A stretch of DNA of 64,000 nt from Amoebophrya sp. A120 (Eukaryota > Protista > Dinoflagellata), in contig CAJINV010000004.1 of the NCBI GenBank assembly GCA_905178155.1, forward strand, positions 2,316,228-2,380,227, written 5' to 3'. The notes beneath the pieces are model-generated. The model saw only the letters and a program-made list of their open reading frames with translations, was not told where the DNA came from and ran no database searches. Shown here one piece after another: positions 33,632 to 47,087 of this stretch. How positions within the stretch are numbered: position 1 is the stretch's first letter; every line of letters begins with the position of its first letter. Made by a program: the position numbers and the translations under genes.

Positions 33632-36600
33632 ATGACCGGCGGCGCGTTACGCGCCGCTCTGCACCACCGAACGGTGGAAGAGGTTCTGCAGGACGGGTCC
33701 GAACTATGAGATTGCACAACTCCCCTTTCACGTCATTTGTCATGCAAAATCTCATATCCAGTAAGTTGCTACCCCGCCGTGGCACTGTCTGCATTACAAA
33801 TTTTGGAGTACTACTCTCAGCGCACGAAAAACTTGTCATGCACAGCATCCACCTAATATGTTGGTGTTTGTATCGCTGTTCATGTTGCCCTGCACGTCGT
33901 GAGGGGGAGGGGGAGTAGTTGTGCACTCCCATACGAGCTGCTGTTTGGCGGAAGTACAGCTTCTACGGGAAGAAAAAACAGCCTGATGACTGAAACAAGC
34001 AAGGCCGACACGACCTCCAATCTACTTGGCGGAAATAAAGGCGTTGGCAGCTGCACGGTGACATCAACTGGGAGAAGTAGAAGTTTCAAATCCCGCGCGT
34101 CGACATTATCAAGACCGACTTCGTTCGAGTCCATCATCGATAAGTTTCGGCAGGTACGAAGTGCGGAGGAATCCAGCACGGCGGCGGGGAAAGAGAGCGG
34201 AGACAGCTTCGACAAGGGCATGGAGAATCCTTTGAGTAGTCAGGGGTGGAACACGAAAGACGAAAAGGACCGCGACAGGCTGGCAACCGCACTTGAGTCC
34301 GACGGGAAGCAGGTATAGATAGAAGAAATATCTTCAGTGATGTAGTGAAAGAAGGCTTATTTTTTGATCCCAACAATAAACTTCTAGGTGATCTGGTTAT
34401 CTTCATTACGGCGCTTGCTTTTAGCATTTGATTTGTCAGAAAGTTCTTGTTTCTGCGTGGACCATCTAGAGGCACTTTGATATTTCCTCCATTCTCCTCC
34501 ATCATCCGGCAAAAGAAAAAACCTATCAGCGCGAGGAGCTCTCGCTGTCTGGGAGCCAAACGAAAAACCGTGAGCAAGCGGATGAGCCGGACGTTTTTCC
34601 GTTTCCCAGTCGTAGAACTGAAGACGGGGCAAGAGGAACTTTTCCAGCTGGTGCGCAGGACGACGGTGGCGGTGCGGATGGTAATGGTAGTGGTAATAGC
34701 GAAAACGACGCAGACATCAAGGAACAACAGAACGAGTTGCAGAACTTTCTCGGGGGTAGTAGCAGGACAACTGCACCCTCGTCTTCAGAAGGCCCGGAAG
34801 GGTCTTCGTCGTCGCCGTTTCCTGCGGCTGCAGTATCCGTTGACGATCGGTTACAGCCGCGGTTGGCGAGTGGTCCGGATACCGATGTGTTCCAAGTCTC
34901 AACCAGCAGTGACTCGTCGCAGAACGTTGCTCCAAAGCACCTGCGGAGCAGCGAGGGTCTCTTCGCGGCCCCACCGTCGGTCGTTGCGGGTGGGAGCAGC
35001 TCGTCGGCCACGAAGGTAGGAGGACCATCTACAACTTCCACTGAAGATCCTCGTCCTACCAGCGACGAAGCGGCGCATCAACCCGCGGATCCTCGCGAAG
35101 AAGGAGATCCGGCTGGTCGGGGAGCCGTGGAGGTGGCTCCTGCACAAGGAGAAGATACTCCGGAGGACGGTCTCGAGTCGCTCAGCGCGAGGGGGGAGCA
35201 GGCCGCGGGTGGGGTGTCGACTGGGAGCAGGAGGAAAGCTCCGAACGGACCGGTAAGAGAGGATGACGACATGGTGGAGCTGGGGAAAAACGAACCGAAA
35301 ATTATCTTTGACGAGGAAACCGGGACTATCCTGAATAAAAACTACGTGCTACTTGATGTCCACGACCTCAGATGTTGTGATTGATGCTACACAAATCCAA
35401 AGGCTAGGGGAGGCACGCATGAAGAGAAGTTTACGTCTGCGGTGCTTATACTAGTGAAGGGAAAAACAGGCAAGATCATTGCAAGTGTGCCTGCAAATGC
35501 AAGTATCATGATGCGCGGAAAATCGAGGTAGAGGCTCTGGGTAGAAGGTTTTTATTCTCGATAGCAGCGATCCAGATTATCGATCCGGACGAAGACGGAT
35601 CATCTGCGCATCATGATCAACAGGAAAATGGAAGAAACGCCGACGATCCAGACAAGATGAAGCTTATCCGGTGCAAAAGTACTATCGCGCTCGTAGAAGT
35701 TCTTGCAGCTGTCCAGCATGTTGATAGATCTGCTTGCCAATCTGCATGACAGACTGGATTTTGCAGCCACGTGGTAGAATTTGTCAAGATGCTATTAACT
35801 CTACTGCTATCTGGACAAAGATGCTACGATGATCATACTTTTGCAAAATGCATAAGAGTCCCACAAGAAGACGTGACCATGGTGGTAGACAGCGAGCACC
35901 CGGAGAACCCGCCGTTAGCAATCATCATGAACAAAGATAAGGCTGCGGCTTCCCGGCACATCAATAAAGACCACCGTGCTGCTCCGGACGACGCGGATAA
36001 TTTTCCGTTCCCAGACGAGTTGTCAACGAACGACAAAGGGACGAGGCCGCCTTTTCCACTTTTGCCGCCGTCCTTGATGGGGGGACCACGACGGCCAAAC
36101 AACGACGAAATGGTGAACGGGTCAACCTCCACTTCCAGCGACGAATCTTCCTCTACGTCCACGTCCCCTGGGTCGTTAGTCGGGACGGTCGTCAGCCTCG
36201 GGGCCCACGTGTACCTTGGCTTGTACATCTTTACCCGCTTTTTCCGAAAACTCACCGGCGAAGAGGACGAGGAGGAGGTGGAAGAACTGCAGGAACATCA
36301 ATCCACACAACATGCCTCCTCGGCGACCTCCGGGGCTGCTTCATCTATCTCCGTGAGTCGTGGAATTAACGATGATCCGCAGCGTGGTCAAGAAGATGAT
36401 CCGCAGTTAAACGCGCAATTACGCGAGGACATGGGGATCTTGCTTCCGATTGACGAAGTGGATGGAGATGATGGGGACCGAATTCAAGAACGGGAAGATC
36501 AACTTATTGTTCCTATCAACACGACAAACAAGAACGATGGAGACAACGAAACTGGTGCGGTCATGACATCTTCGTCCATTTTCGTGGAAGAGGATCATGT

Positions 36601-38131
36601 GGTCCTGGCACAGCCGTTGTCCGGGTACGGCAGCGCGGTGGAGCCAGTAAGAACATCTACGAGTCTACCAAATGCAATTATTTCTCGGTCTGCAGCTCCT
36701 CCTGGAAGAGTGCGAGATGTGTCAGGCTAGTCTGGTAGATGTAGGACGCTGAGCTCTGTGATATAATTGCATGGCCATCGCCATGAAGATAGAAGACGAG
36801 CTTCTCTTGTCTGCCATGCAAAAACGTAGCTGCTCATAATACCATGAGGAGTACACAACAGAGAGGCACGAAAAATCAGTCATGCTTGCGCTTGCATTAC
36901 AGTGTGCCTATTTTATTCGCTGACACATGCATCGCGAGAGTAAAATTTTCCACTTCCAAACAGACCGACAAACATTTGCAACCCATAAAGGCGTTCCGGG
37001 TACAACAGCGACGCGAATAGTTCGACTTCCTTTCACGTGGTTAATCATAACGCGGTGGAGATGAATATGAATTATCATGCGGAGCTGGGACGAGAACTAG
37101 AACTAGAAGCGGATGGAGATAACCGACATGGATCAAGATCAAGTTCGAGCAGAAATAGCAAAAGCGAACAGAACCACCATGCGGAAGGAGTGAAACCACT
37201 AGGAGCGATGACCGAAAAAGGACAACATGATCCACCACCAGCGTCTACGCCCTCCACAGCAGCCGCTGCTACCACACCCGCGTTTGTCGTCTCGTCCCCC
37301 TCACACTTGCCATTCGGATCCTTACTGTCGCAGACATCGCAAGTAGTTCTATCGGTGAATAGTACAACTTCGTCTACAACTTCCGCCACCGCTACACAAG
37401 GACTACCTGCTCCACCCGCTGGGACGAATTTCGTCGGTTCCCAGCAACAGCACATCATTCTGGTCGAGGAAAACAGAAATACCATAAGAAATAATGGTGC
37501 GACTTCCTTGACAAATCATCCCTCAACATCTTCGACCACTCCAGCAGGAGATGCTTTGAACACCACGGTAGAAACGGTGGAAAATATCAACATCAACCAA
37601 CAGCAACAATTAATAGACCATCAATCCGCCGCTGCTCGGGGTAGTGCTAGAGCAAGTGTTACGACATCAAAATCTTTTCCGCGGGTGGAGGAGGTGCCGG
37701 CTCTTCTTGGGCAACTACAAAATGTTGGGGAAGGAAAGGACCAGCATCAGCATGATGAAGACCGGGATCATGGGGCTTCATCTTCGTCGAGGAATCATGG
37801 GAATGATCGAAACTACCTTGACCAGATGACGGAGCAAGGGTCTACAAGTGCAACTTCGGGTAGCAACGACAATGTCGACTCATCCACTGTGTCGTCTGGC
37901 AACAGCACATCCATGCTGGCAAGTGGGAGCTTTGTGGACGTTGTGTCCGAACTTTTTTCCGGCGTCGCCAGCGCCGGGAGCGGAGCGGCGGAGCAGGAAA
38001 TGCTGGGTGGAAACCAGTCCGGATCCCGAAATTCCCGATTGCTGCGGGAACTGAATACTTCTTCTCAGGGTCATCAGAATTCTAGTACTTCGAATAGTGC
38101 GGGCACGAACTTGCGGCCCTCGGCGGAATAA
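33632..38131 (+). CDS. Low-complexity acidic/Ser-Thr-rich protein with one putative transmembrane segment
   Basis: MTGGALRAALHHRTVEEVLQDGSE|LLFGG...; four TIR elements and a GT-AG intron at about 34313-34528 join the ORFs in frame; hydrophobic segment LVGTVVSLGAHVYLGLYIFTRFF. Confidence 0.65.
33705..33933. mobile_element. Introner-type TIR element, family C
   Basis: TIR; DR cgaac/cgagc. Confidence 0.92.
35327..35563. mobile_element. Degenerate introner-type TIR element
   Basis: tatcctgaataaaaact ... ggtttttattctcgata; flanks gggac/gcagc; join ETGT|IQIIDPDED. Confidence 0.7.
35665..35854. mobile_element. Degenerate introner-type TIR element, family E
   Basis: tatccggtgcaaaagta ... tacttttgcaaaatgcata; flanks aagct/agagt; join DKMKL|PQEDV. 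Confidence 0.75.
36666..36987. mobile_element. Degenerate introner-type TIR element, family A-like
   Basis: taccaaatgcaattatttctcggtctg ... cagaccgacaaacatttgcaacccata; flanks gagtc/aaggc; frame restored. Confidence 0.7.
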
Positions 38132-40392
38132 GAAAAAACAATAGTGCGTAGGGTGATGTCAGAAACAAAAATAGATAAAGGCGAAATGCGGATGCGGGGG
38201 GATACGCCTGTTGAGGAGCGAGAATTAGTATCTTAGTCCAAAAGAGGAATTTACTTTCCCAGAAATACAATTAAAGTACGTAAAGAAGTCATTGGAACGT
38301 AGTTCGTGAAGCAAAGTTACATACTCGTAGTTGGTACAAAAGAACCTACTTGGGAAAATTTTCTACAGTTTTCGATGTCTAATCAGTAAATAACGCACGA
38401 CGACAGACGCCCGCCTGCTTCAAAAGGCTGCAGTTTGTAATTGTACCAACCGGTTGTATCAGAGCAAGACGAAGACTGAAAGAACACCAAATGTAAGACT
38501 CATGAACAGCAACAGGCGGAAAAACAAGTAAGAGACAAAGGAACAACGGAGTCGAACGCTGAACAAGCGCGGCAAGGGTTCTAGAGAGAGTACCTACTTG
38601 CTGGTGATCAGGAAGACGACGGCGCCAGCAGTCGTTTTTTACCACTTGAGCAGCAAGCGATACAGTGATGCTTGCTGCTTTCATCATGTTCGAGGTGGAG
38701 GGATGAAGATGACAACATGCAATCGGAGCGAAAGTTAAAGTGAGCGAGGAAATTTTGACACAAGTCCACACAAATCAATTGATGAATGAAAGTCATATGT
38801 TCCTTAATATATCTCCAAGCTTGTGAGGTGTTAATTAGTTCATGCTTTTTTTTCTGCAAATTTTTGATATGATTTCAGCGACACGTGTATCTTTTGGCGT
38901 GTGCACACTTCTATTGTGTACTTCCATTTTTCAGGGGATTACTACGCACCGCGAAATCGCGGTATCGAAAGGATGGTATGCGCTTTGAAGCGCGTAACGG
39001 CCAGGCCTCCTACCTCCACGGCATTTATATCGAAAAGGTCTCACTCCGTTCGAAGATGCTGGCGCGAAAAATTCCTGGTGGATGTGTTGCGCCGCTGCCG
39101 CATCAAAAGCGCCACGCGAGGACGCTCCGCGCCGTCTCGGCGGCGCCGTGTAGCCCGGCCGCTCGCCCTCGTCGGGCAAGTGGTGGCCGCGCGCTTTTCT
39201 GGGGGCGAAGGCCTCCGCATGTTTGCGCTTGTGCCGCTGCCTGCCGCGGCGCGCGCTGGCAACGGCCCCGAACCCCTTGGGCATAGCATAGGCGGGACCA
39301 TGTGGCCGGGTTGCGGCTGGCGCCCACTTATCCACCGCGGGCCGCCCCTGTTGTGCCGCCCAGCACGCTTCTGGTTGCAAATTGATATTGCGCTGGGCTG
39401 CAGTGGCCGTTGCAAGAGCCGAACTGCCGCGCCAGCCTCTGTAACTCTGGCGCAGGCACTTGATTTTTGAGCCATGCCATGCGGCCTCGCGCTCTCGCCA
39501 ATGGCAAGTCTTATCTAGAGGACGGACCGCGGTGGCGGCGGCGAGCCTTGTCGAGTAAACTTTCTTCCATGAAGAAGTGCACCTTCGTGGTCGTACGGAA
39601 CAGACGGCGACAGCGAAGCTTGACGGCTTGGTACTCTTTGGTGTTCATCAACATGATGGCTGCGTTGAGCGAGGGCTCTCATTGCGCGAGAACCCATGCT
39701 AAAGCGATCTTTCCGAAAAGTTCCAGATCGACGAGGAGTTGTAAAGCGGAGGTGTGAAAATGGATGCGCGTCTACAGATCGCAAAACGAGATTTCATTTT
39801 GTTTGGGGACATGGATCATTCGCCGAAGATGGATCCACGTTTTGAATGCGCTCATTTTGTTGGACACAAGGAAATACTTAGAGGAGTGCTCTTCACCGTA
39901 AATGCACTGTCAGAATCGAAGAAGCAACTCCGGAAATATTCCTATTCGTAAACTGCAATGTTGGATCCTCGATTTAATTTTTGCTGGTGGGGTTTTCTGA
40001 CCCTGCTTGCGACCATTACCTTCGCAAAAAAAATACGTCCAGTTTTCCGGAGCACGAGGTCATATATCCTTCCAAACAAGCATATTCGTCAGGACCCCAA
40101 AGCAACATTCACATTCCCAACGTGCTACCTAGAAGCAGTATCCCTGCCCCACCCGGCTGCCGAGGTTTCGCTACGCAAGTGTAGTTGCGCCCCCCTAGAC
40201 GTTTCCCGTTGACTTTCTTTTGCTGACAAAACGACCTGGTGTATATTCTGACATAACAGACAGAACTACTCGAAGGAAGCCCTTACCCCTCCTTGAAACG
40301 GCGACCAAGCAACATCCTAAACTTACGTGAAAGATGAACACGGCTTCATCGCATTTCATAAGTAGAGAAAAGTCATAGTCAAGTTTGTGAAA

Positions 40393-42822
40393 ATGCCGAA
40401 ACACGACGTGGGTTCCGCGAAATGGCTGGGGAACAAGATGAAGGCGGCGGGGCTGATGAAGCTGCGGTGGTACTGCCAGATGTGCGAGAAGCAGTGCAAG
40501 GACGAGAATGGATTCAAGTGCCACCAGACCTCAGAGATCCACATGCGGAACATGGAGCTGTTCTGCGAGAACCCGACTGATTTCATCGACAAGTTTTCGG
40601 ACGACTTCGAGAAGGGCTTTATGGACTTGCTCTCTACCCGGTACTGCTATCACAGGCAAATATGTGTGGGTCTGGAAGAGATTCTGAGATTTGTCATGCA
40701 GCTTTTCCAAGCTCCGCCAAGTCTGGAATGCAGGGCCTAGCATCTTCATAGGATCTGCAGCCCCTTTATGATGCCTGTTCTGCATGAGAAAAGCCCTCTC
40801 AGCATGACCACGAGTGAGCACCTTTTGCAATTCACGCAACACGGATTTTTGTGTGATCCGAAACAGGCATCACAAGTTCGTCCAGACCCAGACATATTTG
40901 CAATGCATAACTGCAAGGTGCGGATGATCAAGGCCAACACGGTGTACCAAGACTACATTCGGGACCGGAACCACTATCGCAAGAAAAAAACGTTGTTAGT
41001 GTAAGTTTGTGATGCGCAGCATGCAAATTGATTGAGCCTGTCATGCTGTGCCTGCATTGTAGGGTCCAGTCAATGGCGTTTTCCCTTACTATCTGCGCAT
41101 GACAGGTTTTTGCTGTCATGCGAGAGATCTTTGTCATGCTAATCCTCCAACAAAGTTACACCTACAATGTTTTTTTCTTGGATAACCACCTCCACATGAA
41201 CAGTACGATCTGGGCGACGCTGAGCAACTTTGTGGAGTACTTGATATGGAATGTGAAAATGTCTGGGTCTGGAAGGTTGGAACTTGTAATGCTAGCTTTC
41301 CATACCTAGAAAATCTGTAATGCAGCCTCTTTTGTCATGCAAAAACGCAGTTTCTCATGCGGATTGCCTATGAGAAAGCGTTTTCAAAACGCTTTCTCAT
41401 AGGCCGTTTTGGGAAGTTGTCATGCCGGACTGCATTCGGAAGTGTTTTCATCATGCACATTTTGGCATCACAAGTTTCCAGACCCAGACATTTTTGCACT
41501 TCATACCTGATCCGGACCAACAAAGTGGAAGCGGAGCGTGACAAAGAGGGGCGGTGGTGCATCACCTGGATCGACCCGGAGGAAGTGAAAAGAAAGGCGG
41601 AATACGAGGCGCAGGAGAAGGTAAAACTCACCGAAGCGGAGAAGGAAGCCAAGCACCTGGCGAAATTGGTTAGCATGAGGTAGAAGCTAGAGAGAAATTT
41701 GTACTTTGCTTGCTTCCGTGATGTAAGTAGAGCATGTTCTGTCTTCTTCTGGATCTGGTGAAAAAGGTCTGCGCTTGCGAAACCCTGTGTGGGTCTTCGC
41801 GAACAGAAATTGATGTGCCAGAGTTCAGTTTTCCTTTTAGGTAGAGAAGCATACCTACTACATGTAGATGTACCTTTGAGTTACGTCTGCAACCATTGCT
41901 CGCTAAGAAGAAAAAAAAAATCTTAATCTTTACCACTTGTATGAATCTTCTTTCCACACGAATCACTCACAGGCCCATGGAGAACGACGAATCAGAGAAG
42001 TTTACGAAGCGGGACGAGACGAAGGGCAAGGTGCAGATATCGCTGGGCAACCTGAAGCTGAACGCGGCGCAGCAGCTCGGCTCGCTGAAGCGCACGAATC
42101 TGGATGTGAGCGTGCTGGAAAACGCCATGGCCGACCACGTAGACAAGGTACTTGGCATAACACACCCGCAGAAAAAGCAGCGCTTTCTCCCCACGACAGC
42201 TTCGACGGGTTCTGCAGGAGAGCCACAGGAGGTGGGAGCGCAACAACTACAGGCATTAACACAACATCATGCACTTTCCGGAACCACCGCGCTTTCATCC
42301 TCATCATCTTCCGCAATGAAGGGGGAAGACGGCCATGAGAACCGATTCAATGATGAAGGCGATGGTGAAAAAATAGACCACGACGGCAATTTTGTTGTGC
42401 CAGATACTTATTCTGCTACAAATACATTCTGGATTTCTCCCGGGCTGATAGTCAAGATTCTGGATGACCAGCTGAAAAACGGGAAGTACTACAAGAAAAA
42501 GGGCACCATAATCCGCCTCGAGGACCCGGAAACGGCGGACGTGAAGATGCACGAGGCGGAAAAGAAAATCCGGATTCCGCAGAAAATGCTCGAAACCGTG
42601 ATACCGAAACCCGGCCGGAAGATCCGAATCGTCGCGCCCGGGAGCAAGCACCAAGGAAAGGCCGCAGTACTGGAAAAAATCGACGAAAAAAACTTCTGTT
42701 GTGCGGTAAAGCTTGTGGTAAGTAGTGCGGACAACGGTAGCATCAAGACGGGGCAGCAACAACAAATCTGGCTCGACTACGAGGACATCTGCAAAATTGA
42801 CGAAGACTTCGCGCCGTCATAG
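40393..42822 (+). CDS. KIN17: DNA/RNA-binding protein KIN17
   Basis: KAAGLMKLRWYCQMCEKQCKDENGFKCH..SE.H zinc finger; ANTVYQDYIRDRNH|LHMNSTIWATLSNFVEYL winged helix; C-terminal KOW pair (LETVIP...DYEDICK). Three TIR introns and a GT-AG intron at about 41669-41973. Confidence 0.96.
40648..40909. mobile_element. Introner-type TIR element, family A
   Basis: TIR; DR actgc/actgc. Confidence 0.92.
40975..41184. mobile_element. Introner-type TIR element, family F
   Basis: tatcgcaagaaaaaaacgttgt ... acaatgttttttttcttggata; DR accac/accac; homologous to 48986-49195 (both 210 bp). Confidence 0.93.
41245..41505. mobile_element. Introner-type TIR element, family A
   Basis: TIR; DR cttga/cctga. Confidence 0.92.
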
Positions 42823-42975
42823 CACCGGATGTCTGCGGTTGTTGTGCACTTCTATGGCAACTGCGGGGCTTTTAGATTAGTACTTAAGTTGTATCTGTGC
42901 GCCGGAGATCGCGTCGCGCGGCAAAATAAGCGGAGTACAGAATCCATCTCCACGAACGTGAAAGAGCAACGGTCT

Positions 42976-43114
42976 TCCCTTTCGTCAGCGACAACAAAAA
43001 GCAGAGTAGAAAAATTATGGAAAGACCAGCGAGTTCGTGCTTGCTAGGAGCATGCCCCCTTTGCGTTATGTTCGTCTTCGAAAGAATCAATTGGTGCTGC
43101 CACCTGAAGCATGT
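42976..43114. repeat. Dispersed direct repeat, copy 1
   Basis: tccctttcgtcagcgacaaca...ttcgtgcttgctaggag...tcttcgaaagaatcaattgg...gccacctg; also present at 46923-47087. Confidence 0.9.
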
Positions 43115-43791
43115 GTCATCTTGCAGAAAACAAGCATTCCTCAACTTGAGTGTTTTTCGGTTTCTTCTTCGCTTCGCGCCTGCGAAAAAGAAAGAAATCG
43201 GTTTTAGTTTTGCTCTTCTCGTCGGTGGCCACGTTTCTATTTCTCTTGCTATGATTTCGGTTTTTATGTATGATTATGATTGTCTTTGTCGTCCTGATTT
43301 CTCGTCCTGAGTCCCAGTTCCTGATTCGGTGTGATGCACGTCGTCGTTCATACGTACAAGTAGAGCGAAGGAAATGCAACAGTTTGGTGTTGGTTCGGTA
43401 TAGAATATGTTCTCGTTCATCTTGATGGCTAGTGAACAAATGGTACCAAGCGTCCGTGTCGTGCCAGTGGCTTCTTGCATTACATGAAGGCCTCTTTCGT
43501 TCGCAAGAAAATTTTCCCGTTAGAAAATGCTACTTTTATTTTCGGTAGTACTTCTTAGACTTACTCTCTTCGCCTTTCAGAAATTGAAATTCATTGGCAA
43601 TTGGAAGAACAACAGGCGGATTTTTATCAGCACGAGAAAAATTCGAATTCCCCTATTGTTGTATATTTGTAGTACCAGCTGTCAGCACCTTTTGTTTTTG
43701 CTATTTTGATTTTTTGATTCGACGGCGTAAATACGATAGAAGTTTTGTGCACCGCCTCTGAAGATCGTTCTTGATCTGTTGAAACGAAATT

Positions 43792-46700
43792 ATGCCGCCT
43801 TTTCATCAAGGAGCGTTGGGGGTCGCTTTGTTGGTTGCTAGAGCTGGAGCGACGACGATTTCTTTTGCCGCTCTCGACGCTAACCACTATTTGCAAAAGA
43901 TCAAAATGGCATGGCACTATTGGGGAAAAGTACAGCTAGTAGAACCTTGCAAAGGATTCCAAGCCCACATCTCCGACGAGTTGCACAGGTTGTCGGACCC
44001 TAAAGCTGGTTCGGCCACGAAAGGCAAAGAAAACGAAAAGACACGCAACATCGTCAATCTGGTTGGACAGGTTATCAGCCAACTCGAAAGTCGCACCGAA
44101 CGTTATAGTTCACCCGGTCTCGCACTCGCACCACAATTTGCCACTGATATTTTCGCGGAGCAGGCAATTTGTTACGAGCGTTTGCAAGCGCTGGGTCCCC
44201 ACTTTCAGAAAGTGCTGTCCACTGCCACTGGAAAGTCTCGGAAAACATTCGAAGGTCTCCCGGCAGAATGGACATCGGAAGAACTCAAGAAAAAGGCATC
44301 TGAGGAAGAACTCAGGAAAGAGGCATCTAAGATGCGGGGGCTGTGGGAATCCGCCGTGCTCCGTGAGGCTGAACAGATTTCGGAGAAATATTCCCCCGAC
44401 AAAGTGCAGAGCATCCTCCGAAGATGGCACGCGCAATACGCTGAGCTACTGGCCGTCCTGCCCCCGAAGAGCGCCGAAAGCTTCAACAATTTTTTTGGGA
44501 CACGCTCGTGAAGCAGCACCTCTTTGGTGCCAAGCTCGACAACGAAGTGAAGAAGAAGCATTTTGACATGATTCTTGACTCCTGGAAGGTGGCGGCGCGT
44601 GCGACGATTTCGTCATACGCTTTGCCGGAGACGTGGGGCGACGACCAAAAACGCACGCGAGATCTTCTAGTACACTTGGAGAAGGAGGCGCTGCCTGAGA
44701 AGATCACGACGGGCAAGTTGGTGGAGATAAGAGTGGAGGGGCTGTGTGAGGACGCCTCGAAATCAGAATGGATTAAGCGAAACCCGGTTCGCGCGTTTAC
44801 TTTTGCGACAGTGATATTGAAAGAAGACCTAGTGAACCATGCAACGACACTCGTCGGAGAACAACCACCAGAAGGAGACGAACTACAGAAATGGAAAGAC
44901 AAACTACAGGAATGGCAAACCAAGCTCGTCGACAAATTTTCGCGTCAGGAAAAACAAATGACAAGCGGGTTCAGGATCGACAGCGAAGAAGGAAAGTCGT
45001 TGAGCAAGTGGGTTCGTCAGAGGTGGCACGCCCTAGTAGTGGATGTTTTGTCGAAGGCGGCTGAGCATCGCAGAGCGGAAGTAAGCAGTTGGTCTAGTTT
45101 AATGCGCTGGATGATCGGAGCAATAGATGTAACTGACGAGGGGGAGCGGGACAAGCTGCTGTTCTTAATTCCGCGTGGATGGTTTGGTCCGAGCGGGCAG
45201 GATGGGGAGCCGCAGGTGGAAACAAAAGAGCTGGTCCTAGAGCTTTGGGCAGCTACAGGTAAAGCAGCCGAAGAACTGCCTGGCGCACTGCGAAGAGCCG
45301 CAGAGAATCTTCGCCAGCATATCGATGAGTTAGTTGATCCGGCCCCGGACCCGCAGAAAAAGTTCGTTTCGTTGACGCAGGAGTGGAAAGAGAACGCGAT
45401 CAAGAACTTGGACTTTCTGGAGGGGACCGACTTGGTGGTCTGGTCGGCCTCCCTTTGGCACGAGGAGCTCAGTGCAAAGAGAGAAGAGCTGCTCGGGGAG
45501 TTTCAGAAAGAAAGGATGCAGCGTGCTGGCGAGAGGGGGTCTGCGGACGCACTGGTCGAGTTCTTGGACGGGTGTTGGGCCGATTTGGTCGTCGACGTTT
45601 TGGTGGAGGTGGCGGGGCGGCGTCACTCGAATCCGGTCGCTAAAGTGTCGAAGAGCGATGCCGATTTCAACATGGATGGGGTGGCGGAGCTGCTCACGCT
45701 GATTCCGTCTGAGTGGTTGTCGAAGCCGTGCGACGGCCTCCAATGCGACCAGGACAAAATCTTGGGGCTTGTCCAAGCGATTTGGACGGGTGCGGCCACT
45801 GCAACATCTCCGGACGAGGAGGTGCGGCGCATGGCAGTTGATGTAGAGGAGCTCCGACAGCGGTTTCGTACGCACATTCACTGCCCCGCAAAAACGCAAG
45901 GAGGAGAACCTCGGGGAACCGGCTTTCTAGATAGTGAGGGGGTTTGGGAAGGGTCGGGCTCATCGGAACGTCAAGAAGGAGCCGAGGATGGGGGTGCAGA
46001 TGACGAAAAGCGCAACCTTCAGAAACTTATTACGGACACATGGGGACGAGAAGTTATCACAAGGGATTTCAACGAGTGGTGGAAGAGCGAAAGCGATGGC
46101 AATCGCAATCCCACATTAGATGGCTTCGGCAGGTGGTACTGGGAAAAAAAGCAGCAGAAGGCGCGGTCTTTTGGAGGAGCGTCTCCGGCGGGACCTGGAC
46201 CCGCGGGGGAATCGGGTGGAACACCATCAGCAGACGAACAAGCGGCGCGCGAACAAGTTGAGAGAGAATGGGCATTTTGGGAGAGGCAGGTCAAGGAAAC
46301 CGGTATCTTCGTTGCAAGTGCGTCCGGATTTCTCGACAAGATGAAGCGCCAGGGGTCGGCCCCCGAGGCTTTTGGCAAGTGGTGGCTCGGTGAAAGAGCC
46401 CGGCTGCAAAGAGAACAGGACCGCAAAATGTGGGAAGACAGGCAGCGGGATGAGTCGCAAGCTGGGGGGCAGAATGAACCAGGAAAAAAATCTGCTTCTG
46501 GTCGTCGCCGACGACCTCGACCCCAAACAGAGCAGGAAAAGAAGGAGTGGGCACAGTGTAAGAGTCTGCTCAAGCTCGATGAACCAACGGTGAATAAATA
46601 CAAGTTGGGGGGTTTTACAACTGTGATCAGGCAGTTCGAGACTGATGGGACAATCACTTCTTACGCAGAGATGCGGAAGGCCTACACAGCTGGAGTGTTG

Positions 46701-46817
46701 AAACTCCATCCCGATAAAGTTGAAGCCGGAGATGAAGCAAGAGCAACGACGCATTTTCAGCAGTTTCAGGCCTGCTACGAATTTCTGAACCGAGAGCTCG
46801 CGTTTCTTCAACAGTGA
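43792..46817 (+). CDS. Intronless putative secreted protein with C-terminal DnaJ domain; frameshift at T7 run 44490-44496
   Basis: Hydrophobic N-terminus (GALGVALLVARAGA). ORF1 43792-44511 and ORF2 44508-46817 overlap. C-terminal MRKAYTAGVLKLHPDK...ATTHFQQFQACYEFL. Confidence 0.7.
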
Positions 46818-46922
46818 ATATACTGAACTATGTCCCGGTCCAGTTCCCGAGCCCTGATAATCTACCAACGCAAAACACTTCCTTGTGAAGGCAGCCTCGA
46901 ATGTAAACGAACATAACACTCC

Positions 46923-47087
46923 TCCCTTTCGTCAGCGACAACAGAAAGCACAGTCGAATTATGGAAGAATCCCTGATTCTTCGTGCTTGCTAGGAGGATA
47001 CGATGCCCCTTTACTTATTTGCGGTATGTTCGTCATTGTCTTCGAAAGAATCAATTGGGGTACGTGGTGCAGCCACCTGGCGCATGT
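46923..47087. repeat. Dispersed direct repeat, copy 2
   Basis: Diverged copy of 42976-43114. Confidence 0.9.
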
